Assembly: GCA_963844035.1 (NCBI GenBank)
Contig: CAWJMT010000029.1
Location: 1 to 11,447 of the forward strand
Direction: 5' to 3'
Source: an uncultured Gemmatimonadales bacterium
GTDB taxonomy: Bacteria; Gemmatimonadota; Gemmatimonadetes; Gemmatimonadales; GWC2-71-9
Length of the DNA: 11,447 nucleotides
Part shown: piece after piece, positions 1-6,395 of the stretch
How the letters are laid out: the number at the start of each line of letters is the position of its first letter
Numbering within the stretch: the first letter of the stretch is position 1
The notes under the pieces: generated by a model
Told to the model about the DNA's origin: nothing
What the model saw: only the letters and a program-made list of their open reading frames with translations
The model's database searches: none
Position numbers and translations under genes: made by a program

Positions 1-304
1 GTATCACCGTGACCGTCACTGAAGCCGCCTCGAAGGCGATGCGCCGCACCACGATCTGCACCTCCCCCGCGGGAACGGCGAGGGTGTAGCGCCCCTCGTC
101 GTCGGTCAGCGCCGTGACGCCGGTCTGGACGACGCGGACGACGGCGAGGCGAAGCGGCCGGCCCGACAGCGTGTCGATCACCGTTCCGGACAGCGTCACC
201 GTGGGTGCAGCCGCCGCCCCCTGCTGCGCCTCGGCCGGCCCAATGGCGGCCAGCACGAGCACGAGCGCCGCGCAAACGGCGCGCATCGGACGGACTGTGG
301 TCAA
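1..304 (-). CDS. N-terminal part of a secreted protein with a carboxypeptidase-regulatory-like domain (likely TonB-dependent receptor or similar outer-membrane protein); runs off the left edge
   Basis: Not in the ORF track. My translation is (MTTVRP)MRAVCAALVLVLAAIGPAEA-QQGAAAAPTVTLSGTVIDTLSGRPLRLAVVRVVQTGVTALTDDEGRYTLAVPAGEVQIVVRRIAFEAASVTVTVI. It has a signal peptide ending AEA and the pattern SG.V.D...G.PL..A.V......TD..GRY.L typical of CarboxypepD_reg. TTG at 304 follows GGAGGGAG; alternative ATG at 286. Confidence 0.85.
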   Translation of the reverse strand, partial: MTTVRPMRAVCAALVLVLAAIGPAEAQQGAAAAPTVTLSGTVIDTLSGRPLRLAVVRVVQTGVTALTDDEGRYTLAVPAGEVQIVVRRIAFEAASVTVTVI

Positions 305-412
305 TGTGGGATCTCCCTCCCGGTGAACCGCAGCGGAGCGCGCGGCTCAATCTAGTACCGGCCGGGCCAGTTCAGGTGCCGGCTGGGAGGCAAGACCGGC
401 GGCCGTTGCGTT

Positions 413-895
413 TCAGCCCGTGCCCTGCAACGCCAGCCGCTGTCGCACGGCGCCGAGATGGTAGGCCGTGTGGGCGATCGCCCCGATCGCGTCGCCCAGG
501 GTCTCCTCGTCCCACGTCGCGTGGGTCCCCAGGGCCACGAGCAGGGCGGCATATTCGCGACGCAGCTGTGCCTGCAGATCGGTCCACTGGCCGGCGTCCA
601 CCACCGTCACGCTCCAGGTCGTACTGCGGTCTCGTGCGGCCGGGCCGCCGCGAATCGCACGCGTCGTGAGCGCGAGGCTCGAACACAGGTGATGCACGTG
701 CCCGGCGATCGTGGATTGGGCGGGACCGGCAGGACGGGACGCCTCCGCGGCGCTCACGGCGCCGAGGGTACCGAAGACGCCTGCGCCGGCAGAGGTATCC
801 GTGAAATAGGTCCACGGACCGGGAGGTCCCTCAAATGCCTCCCGTGCGATTCTCGTGAGCAGGCCAGCGATGACCGCGGGTGGAACGTCGCTCAT
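413..895 (-). CDS. DinB/YfiT-superfamily protein (160 aa)
   Basis: TIAGHVHHL and C-terminal IAHTAYHLGAVRQ (H-x3-H) fit the DinB four-helix-bundle His triad. ATG at 895 lies 7 nt after the upstream gene's stop; the ORF-track extension to 1084 overlaps that gene. Confidence 0.8.
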   Translation of the reverse strand: MSDVPPAVIAGLLTRIAREAFEGPPGPWTYFTDTSAGAGVFGTLGAVSAAEASRPAGPAQSTIAGHVHHLCSSLALTTRAIRGGPAARDRSTTWSVTVVDAGQWTDLQAQLRREYAALLVALGTHATWDEETLGDAIGAIAHTAYHLGAVRQRLALQGTG

Positions 896-902
896 ATGCG
901 TC

Positions 903-1262
903 TCATGGTGGAGTGGGGGTCGTGGGCCACGGGCGGCGGTGCTGATCACCCAGGACGGTCCCGCATTCGGGACATGTGAATGACTCCCCTTCGCGAATGA
1001 TCCGCGGGCACGTGTGGCGACCGCCGCTCCGAACGCGCATGCCGCACGCGCGGCACTGCGCATCGGCTGCGATCTTCGCGTCACATTCGTGCGCCATGAG
1101 GACCGTCTGGTAGGGAGCAGACTCGCCGTCCGCCTCCTGGAACATGCCGCAGCGCTTGCAGGAGCGAAACCGGCGGAACGAGCGATCCGGCAGCATCGCC
1201 TGCCGGGCGCTGAAGTTCTCGCTGCTGCCGCAGCTCGGGCATGGCGAGGGGACGACCGTCAT
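903..1262 (-). CDS. Cys-rich multi zinc-ribbon hypothetical protein (about 119 aa)
   Basis: Motifs CPSC, CKRC, HEC, CRAC, HTC, CPEC and a late His. The stop is 7 nt before the DinB start. ATG 1262 is preferred; TTG 1301 is the alternative. Confidence 0.75.
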   Translation of the reverse strand: MTVVPSPCPSCGSSENFSARQAMLPDRSFRRFRSCKRCGMFQEADGESAPYQTVLMAHECDAKIAADAQCRACGMRVRSGGRHTCPRIIREGESFTCPECGTVLGDQHRRPWPTTPTPP

Positions 1263-1289
1263 CCCAGTCGCGCTGCCAGTCGGCGAGTG

Positions 1290-1319
1290 AGTATGGCGCA
1301 ATCACGAATGAAAGGTCAC
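1290..1319 (-). promoter_or_regulatory. Possible sigma70-type promoter for the zinc-ribbon/DinB pair
   Basis: GTGACC-N18-CATACT on the minus strand, about 30 nt upstream of ATG 1262; weak match. Confidence 0.25.
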
Positions 1320-1420
1320 GCGGCCCGGCAGCGGGCGAAAGAGGCCGCGCCGCCGCTTGACGGCAAATCCCAAAACGGACTAGGCTCCAGTTTGCAGAGC
1401 AGACACCCGTCTGCGGCTAC

Positions 1421-1819
1421 CTACTGGGTGCAGATTTCATTGTCGGGATCCTCTCCCGAGTCACAGATGTCTGGTCTTCCCGGCTCATGCGATCCGCCTG
1501 TCGCAAGCCAGTACCCGAGTCCTGCCGCGGTGACCACGCCCAGGGTCGCCAATGCGGCCGTCCGGGCGCCGTCCGGCTGGCGCACGTGTACCGCCGTGAT
1601 GTCGGCGATGAGGTACTCCTCGTACCTGCCGTCCACGTACCCCACCAACCGCGGGCCGTAGATTTGCGGACCGTACACCAGCACGACCGATTGATCGCTC
1701 AGGGTCACCCACGCGCGTGTATCGGCGGGCGCGTCGGCAACGGTGACCGCCTTCGTTCGGTAGCAAGCCAGGTTCGAGAGGATCGCGAGGGCCAGCAGGA
1801 AACCAGTTGTGAGTCGCAT
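1421..1819 (-). CDS. Putative lipoprotein with C-terminal TM helix and Cys/acidic tail (paralog 1, 132 aa)
   Basis: RBS GGAGGTCTC-ATG. Signal MRLTTGFLLALAILSNLA-C19 (non-canonical lipobox). Hydrophobic segment TAALATLGVVTAAGLGYWLATGG. 61/70 aa identical to 2675..3070 over the core. Confidence 0.9.
   Translation of the reverse strand: MRLTTGFLLALAILSNLACYRTKAVTVADAPADTRAWVTLSDQSVVLVYGPQIYGPRLVGYVDGRYEEYLIADITAVHVRQPDGARTAALATLGVVTAAGLGYWLATGGSHEPGRPDICDSGEDPDNEICTQ
1556..1765. repeat. Copy 1 of a 210-nt imperfect direct repeat (paralog core); copy 2 at 2807..3016
   Basis: Ungapped alignment at offset 1251 nt, with shared runs such as GCCGTAGATTTGCGGACCGTA and TTCGTTCGGTAGCAAGC. Confidence 0.9.
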
Positions 1820-1862
1820 GAGACCTCCATCGAACGGCGAGGCGGCCATGTCTGCGCCGTCC

Positions 1863-2675
1863 CTAGGACGGGGGGTCTTCCGGACGCAGGATGAGGTCCG
1901 CCCCGAAAAAAAAGTGCTTCCAGATGTCTGTCCGAACCCCCAGGGAGAAGATGCAGCCCCGATAGTTGCATCCCGGCCAGAAATATGACGCGAAGGGACG
2001 TGAAGGCTCGCGGATCCGGGCGAAGACGCGAATGCCCCCGGCCTCTGAGTCGGGATACACTCTCACGACGGCGGAGACCGTCTTTTCGAATCCGTGCAAG
2101 GACAAGACGCCAATGGCCGTTCCGTGGAGCGTGTCGGCCTGCCGGGTCACGTTCACGAGACTGTCGAGCCGGAACCGAATGTCGGGGTACCGCGTCGTCT
2201 CGAACACCATCTCGCGGGCATACTTCGCGCGCCGCTCTTCTCCCATGACGAGCGATTCGGCCTTGATGATGATCTCTCCCCACGCGCCCCGGCCAGTGAC
2301 GGAGTCGGAGACCACGAGATGGCCCTGCACCGCTTCCTTGCAGATCGGGCGCGCCGTGCGTCGCGGGTAGAGGGGCACGTGGATCGTGTCGGAAACGGCG
2401 GCAAACGAGTACGTCTTCATGTCGGGGCCTGTACGGACCGACCATCCGGTGCTGCGACCCTCCCCGGGTTGCCACGAGGGCTCCGACGGGCACGTCGTCG
2501 CCCACAGATGGTTCAGATGCGGATCCACTTGCCACCACGCCAGGCTCCATTTGGAATCCACGGTCCAGCGACCCGGTCGCTGCGCGTGGGCGAGCGCGGC
2601 GCCGAGCAGGCACAGCATAGCCGCGGCGCCGGCGCACCGCAGTCGCGAAGCACCAGTGGTAGAGGGGGAATGCAT
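1863..2675 (-). CDS. Secreted YceI-like (lipid/polyisoprenoid-binding) protein with atypical insertions
   Basis: Signal peptide ending ALAHA-Q. WTVDSKWS resembles the YceI first strand (.iD..hS), and IIIKAESLVMGEERRAKYAREMVFETTRYPDIRFRL and G.LSLHG..K.V match the YceI core. The start overlaps the upstream stop (TGATG at 2675; GTG 2678 is the alternative). Confidence 0.8.
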   Translation of the reverse strand: MHSPSTTGASRLRCAGAAAMLCLLGAALAHAQRPGRWTVDSKWSLAWWQVDPHLNHLWATTCPSEPSWQPGEGRSTGWSVRTGPDMKTYSFAAVSDTIHVPLYPRRTARPICKEAVQGHLVVSDSVTGRGAWGEIIIKAESLVMGEERRAKYAREMVFETTRYPDIRFRLDSLVNVTRQADTLHGTAIGVLSLHGFEKTVSAVVRVYPDSEAGGIRVFARIREPSRPFASYFWPGCNYRGCIFSLGVRTDIWKHFFFGADLILRPEDPPS

Positions 2676-3070
2676 CACATGCCTTGGCAGATGGGCTCGT
2701 CCACGTGTTCCGGCGCGTCACAATAGTCCGGCGGGCTACTCTTGGCCGCGCCGGTAAGCGCGTATGCGAAGCCGACGAACCCCACCGCGCCGGCGGCGAC
2801 CAGCACGGCCGTGCGGGTGCCGTCGACGTGGCGCACGTGCACCGCCTTCACGTCGGCGATGAGGTATTCCTCGTACTTGCCGTCAACGTACCCCACCAGC
2901 CGCTTGCCGTAGATTTGCGGACCGTATAGGAGCACCACCGATTGATCACTCAAGGTCAACCACGCGCGCGTGTCGGCGGGCGCGTCGGCGACTGTGACCG
3001 CTTTCGTTCGGTAGCAAGCGGGGCTTGCGAGAAGCGCGAGGGTGAGCATGCAGACGCTTGCGAGACGCAT
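2675..3070 (-). CDS. Putative lipoprotein with C-terminal TM helix and Cys/acidic tail (paralog 2, 131 aa)
   Basis: RBS GGAGGCCTT-ATG. Signal MRLASVCMLTLALLASPA-C19. TM segment TAVLVAAGAVGFVGFAYALTG. Paralog of 1421..1819. Confidence 0.9.
   Translation of the reverse strand: MRLASVCMLTLALLASPACYRTKAVTVADAPADTRAWLTLSDQSVVLLYGPQIYGKRLVGYVDGKYEEYLIADVKAVHVRHVDGTRTAVLVAAGAVGFVGFAYALTGAAKSSPPDYCDAPEHVDEPICQGM
2807..3016. repeat. Copy 2 of the 210-nt imperfect direct repeat (paralog core)
   Basis: Aligns without gaps to 1556..1765. Confidence 0.9.
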
Positions 3071-3099
3071 AAGGCCTCCAGGGCACTAGTGCCTGACAC

Positions 3100-3129
3100 A
3101 TCATAGTGTGCCGCGAGGATTCGAGTCCA
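3100..3129 (-). promoter_or_regulatory. Putative sigma70 promoter of the lipoprotein-YceI-lipoprotein unit
   Basis: TGGACT (3129-3124)-N18-TATGAT (3105-3100), about 30 nt upstream of ATG 3070. Confidence 0.55.
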
Positions 3130-3134
3130 GGACT

Positions 3135-3172
3135 CTGACGAAATTGTCATCGTCCCTTCATGGTTCTGTTAA
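3135..3172. promoter_or_regulatory. Putative OmpR/PhoB-family response regulator binding region (CusR-like palindrome plus 11-bp-spaced heptamers)
   Basis: Minus-strand ATGACAATTTCGTCAG (3150-3135). Plus-strand TTGTCAT (3144), CCTTCAT (3155) and CTGTTAA (3166) at exact 11-nt spacing, directly upstream of the -35. Confidence 0.5.
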
Positions 3173-3188
3173 GCCGCCAGCAGCCCGG

Positions 3189-3468
3189 ACGCTTGGCCCC
3201 GTGACGCTGCGTACGCAGCTCATTCATCGCGAGGACGCCAGTCCCACATTCACGCCGAACGAGCCAAGGGTCATCACCCCTGATCGACGCGAGCCAGCCG
3301 CTGCTCGACGTGCGCCTGGGAGGCCCTCCGGGCCTCTCGCGTTATGAGGCCGTCACCGGCGGCCTGGGCTACCTGGTGCGGCGAAACGTCCGAGCCCACG
3401 CCGAGGGAACCTGGGATCGGGAGCTCGGGACGACACAGTGGACGCTCGGCCTGACTATGGCCTTCTAG
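3189..3468 (+). pseudogene. Truncated, frameshifted 3' remnant of an outer-membrane beta-barrel protein gene
   Basis: 3280-3468 reads LIDASQPLLDVRLGGPPGLSRYEAVTGGLGYLVRRNVRAHAEGTWDRELGTTQWTLGLTMAF-stop: amphipathic strands ending in Phe. There is an in-frame TGA upstream at 3202 and no credible start or signal peptide. A protein-like segment in another frame (3189-3278, TLGPVTLRTQLIHREDASPTFTPNEPRVIT) precedes it. Confidence 0.7.
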
Positions 3469-3493
3469 CCAGGCAGGGGGCGCCGGCCTGGAG

Positions 3494-6214
3494 CTACGCG
3501 CGTCCGGCGATCCGCATGCGGGCGTCCACCACGACCGCGCCGTTCCCCGGCGCGAGCACCTTCACCGGGTTGAGTTCGAGCTCGAGTAGCTCGGGCACGC
3601 TCTCCACCAGTGCCGACAGCTTCAAGATGACGTCGACGAGGGCCTGACGATCCGCCGGCGGCGAGCCGCGGAACCCGTCCAGCAGCTTCGACGTCTTCAA
3701 CCCGGCGAGCATCTCCCGGGCGTCCAGGTCCGAGACCGGGGTGAGGCGGAAGGCCACATCGCGCAGCAGCTCGACCGTGACGCCACCCAACCCCGCCACC
3801 AGGATGGGGCCCAGGCTCGCGTCCGTCGTCACGCCGACGAGCGCCTCCACCCCCCCATCCACCTGCCGCTGCAGCACGAGTCCTGTCGGGGACGTTCCAG
3901 TGTCCCGCAGCCGCTCGGTCATGCTGCGCGCGGCGCGTTCCACGGCGTCGCGCGAGCCGAGCCCGAGCATCACGCCGCCCACGTCGCTTTTGTGGACGAG
4001 GCCAGGCGCGACGGCCTTCATCACCACGGGGTAGCCGAGCCGTTCGGCCGCAGCCGCCGCCGCGGCAGGATCGGCCGCGGTCTCCTCGAACGGCGCGACG
4101 GGGAGGCCCGCTGCTCCGAGAATGGCAGACACGTTGCTCATCGACAGCCACACTGGGTTGGCCGCGCTCTCGCGGATCGGGTCGATGCACCGGCGGATGG
4201 CGGCTTCACGGTCTCGGTCGAGCGTCACGAACGAGCCGCGCGGCCGGCGGCGCCAGCGCCCGTACCGGCTCACCGCGGCGAGCGCGCCGGCCACGTTCTC
4301 GGGGAAGCTGTACGAAGGAATCGGGCCGCGGGGCCCCTGGGACAGGATCGCGGGGACACCCTTCGAGGACATGAATACCGTGGCGATCGGCTTGTGAGAC
4401 GGTATGGTCCCCGCCGCCCGCGCGATGGCCGCGGCGACGTCGTCGGGTTTGGTCAAGAGGAGCGGGATGTAGATCACCACCAGGGCGTCGACGTTGGGGT
4501 CGCGCCCCACCGCCTCGATGGCTGCTGCGAACTGCTCCGGAGTGGCGGAGGCGATCATGTCCACCGGGTTCGTGAGACCCGCCTGCGCCGGCAGACGTGA
4601 TCGCAGCCGCGCGACGGTCTCCGGCGCGAGGCTCGGCAACGCGAGCCCGTGGGCCTCGCAGGCGTCGGCGAGGAGAATGCCGGGCCCTCCGGCGTTGGTC
4701 ACCACGCCGATGCGGGTGCCCTCCGCGACCGGCTGCGTGGAGAGGAGCGCCACGACGTCGAACAGCTCCTCCAACGTGTTGGTGCGGATGACCCCGGCTT
4801 GGGCGAACAGTGCGTCCACCCCCACGTCGAGGCTCGCGAGCGCGGCCGAGTGGCTCGACGCGGCGCGTGTGCCCGCGGCGGAGCGCCCCGACTTCACGGC
4901 GACAATGGGCTTGCGCCGGGCGATCTCCGGCGCCAGGCGCGCGAACGTGCGCGGATTCCCGAAGCTCTCGAGATAGAGCGCGATGACAGCGGTGCGCGGA
5001 TCATCGGCCCAGTAGGAGAGCACGTCGTTGCCCGAGACATCAGCCTTGTTGCCGGCAGAGACGAACCCAGCGATGCCGATGTTCAGGCCTTCCGCGTGCT
5101 CCAGCATAGCGAGGCCCAACGCGCCGCTCTGGGACAGGATAGACACGTTGCCGGCGGGAGGCCACGTCGGCGCGAAGGTCGCATTGAGCGAGACCGCCGG
5201 GTCGGTGTTCAGCACACCCATGCAATTCGGACCCACCATGCGCATCCCCGCGCCGCGGACGACGCGGCGCAGGCGGTCCTGCGCCAGCCGCCCCTCGGCG
5301 GACGCTTCGGCGAACCCCGACGAAATGACCACGAGGCCGCGCACGCCCGCGCGGGCGCAGTCTGCCGCGACCTCCTCGACCTTGGCCGCCGGCACGGCGA
5401 CGACGGCGAGATCCACGTCCCTCCCGATCTCACTCACGCTCGGATAGCACCGCAGGCCCGCGATTTCCTTTGCCTCCGGATTGACAGGATAGACGGGAGC
5501 GCGGAACCCGCAGCGCACGACGTTTTCCACGATGGTCCGGCCGATGGTGCCGGCACGGCGCGATGCGCCGATCACCGCGACCGAGCGGGGCTCGAAGAAC
5601 ACCCGGACGCTCTCGGCCGCGGCGTGCCGCTCGCGGGCCGTGGTCGCCTGCAGGAACTGGTCCGTCGCGCGAATCGGAAAGACGAGATGGAAGACGCCTG
5701 CCTCATCGGTTTCGCGCACGGTAAAGCCGCTATCGGCGAACACCTTCAGCATTCCCACGTTGCCGGCGAGCGCCAGCGCCTCGAACTCCTGGAGCCCCTG
5801 CGCCCGGCCGAGATGTGCGAGGTGCTCGAGCAGCACCGTCCCGATTCCGCGCCCGTGGTGCTCCTCGGCGACGGCCACGGCGAACTCGGCGCGCCGCGTC
5901 TCGTCCGCGCGGCTGGTGCGGAAACAGTGGGCAACCCCGAGGATTCGCTCCTGTCCATCCTCCCGATGGATCGCCGCGAGCCCGACGCGCGCGTCAAAGT
6001 CCAGGTCCACCATCGCGTCCAGGTCGTGGCTCGTGAGCGCGTTCTTCGCGCCAAGGAAACGGAACTGCATCGACTGCGGGGTCAGGTGCCGAAACAGCTC
6101 GGCGAGGAGCAGCCTGTCCGCCGGGCGGATCGCCCGGATGATGATTGAGCCACCGTCTCGCAGCACGGCCGGCTCGACGTAGTCACGCAGCTGGGAAGGG
6201 GTCACAACATCCAA
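3494..6214 (-). CDS. GNAT acetyltransferase fused to NDP-forming acyl-CoA synthetase-like domains (Pat-type protein lysine acetyltransferase, GNAT N-terminal)
   Basis: N-terminal GNAT (LRDG..I.IRAIRPAD, AEFAVAV, HGRGIGTVLLEHL). CoA-binding domain (FFEPRSVAVIGAS, YPVNP, GPNCMG). Ligase domains (SQSGALG, GNKADV, YLESFGNP, TNAGGPG, NPVDM). C-terminal ATP-grasp (GYPVVMK, HKSDVGGV, ELELNPV, VDAR). Start TTG 6214 or GTG 6205. Confidence 0.93.
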   Translation of the reverse strand: MDVVTPSQLRDYVEPAVLRDGGSIIIRAIRPADRLLLAELFRHLTPQSMQFRFLGAKNALTSHDLDAMVDLDFDARVGLAAIHREDGQERILGVAHCFRTSRADETRRAEFAVAVAEEHHGRGIGTVLLEHLAHLGRAQGLQEFEALALAGNVGMLKVFADSGFTVRETDEAGVFHLVFPIRATDQFLQATTARERHAAAESVRVFFEPRSVAVIGASRRAGTIGRTIVENVVRCGFRAPVYPVNPEAKEIAGLRCYPSVSEIGRDVDLAVVAVPAAKVEEVAADCARAGVRGLVVISSGFAEASAEGRLAQDRLRRVVRGAGMRMVGPNCMGVLNTDPAVSLNATFAPTWPPAGNVSILSQSGALGLAMLEHAEGLNIGIAGFVSAGNKADVSGNDVLSYWADDPRTAVIALYLESFGNPRTFARLAPEIARRKPIVAVKSGRSAAGTRAASSHSAALASLDVGVDALFAQAGVIRTNTLEELFDVVALLSTQPVAEGTRIGVVTNAGGPGILLADACEAHGLALPSLAPETVARLRSRLPAQAGLTNPVDMIASATPEQFAAAIEAVGRDPNVDALVVIYIPLLLTKPDDVAAAIARAAGTIPSHKPIATVFMSSKGVPAILSQGPRGPIPSYSFPENVAGALAAVSRYGRWRRRPRGSFVTLDRDREAAIRRCIDPIRESAANPVWLSMSNVSAILGAAGLPVAPFEETAADPAAAAAAAERLGYPVVMKAVAPGLVHKSDVGGVMLGLGSRDAVERAARSMTERLRDTGTSPTGLVLQRQVDGGVEALVGVTTDASLGPILVAGLGGVTVELLRDVAFRLTPVSDLDAREMLAGLKTSKLLDGFRGSPPADRQALVDVILKLSALVESVPELLELELNPVKVLAPGNGAVVVDARMRIAGRA

Positions 6215-6366
6215 TGGCTGCAGGCGCTACAAGAGTACGACTTGACGGGACATTCAGGAACCACAGACGCCCGCGGCGCCCACCCGTTCGGGCTGCTGCG
6301 TCAACGCAACAGCCTTTGCGCGTTCGCACTCGCTGCATCAACACCTTCGATCGACCAGTGGGACTC

Positions 6367-6395
6367 TTGCGAGTCCCCGGCGGCGCCCGTATGAT
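6367..6395 (+). promoter_or_regulatory. Putative sigma70 promoter of the beta-propeller lipoprotein gene
   Basis: TTGCGA (6367-6372)-N17-TATGAT (6390-6395). The -35 lies inside the inverted repeat GGGACTC-TTGC-GAGTCCC (6360-6377). Confidence 0.6.

Noticed and set aside
1355..1414. GGCAAATCC...GGAC resembling a c-di-GMP-I riboswitch, and the hairpin GCAGAC-ACCC-GTCTGC
   Set aside because: Wrong strand for the flanking genes and lacks the GNRA-capped stem and GACGCAAAG. The hairpin is short with no U-tract.
1906..1913. A8 run (T8 on the coding strand) near the YceI 3' end as a phase-variation tract
   Set aside because: Short, explained by Phe-Phe-Phe codons, and the frame is intact.
1705..2721. 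338-aa minus-strand ORF overlapping the YceI gene
   Set aside because: Arg-rich alternative frame; the YceI frame has the signal peptide and family motifs.
3114..3131. GGATTCGAGTCC resembling a tRNA T-arm or att fragment
   Set aside because: Only a 3-bp stem, no other tRNA arms, and no match to the tRNA-Ala here.
3108..3347. 79-aa plus-strand ORF as an intact gene
   Set aside because: It starts inside the promoter region with no RBS; only its middle looks like protein, which is better explained as part of the beta-barrel pseudogene.
4649..6148. 499-aa plus-strand ORF and other long ORFs antisense to the Pat gene
   Set aside because: Shadow frames expected from GC-rich codon usage opposite a motif-rich gene; the translations are Arg/Gly/Ala-rich and have no recognisable motifs.
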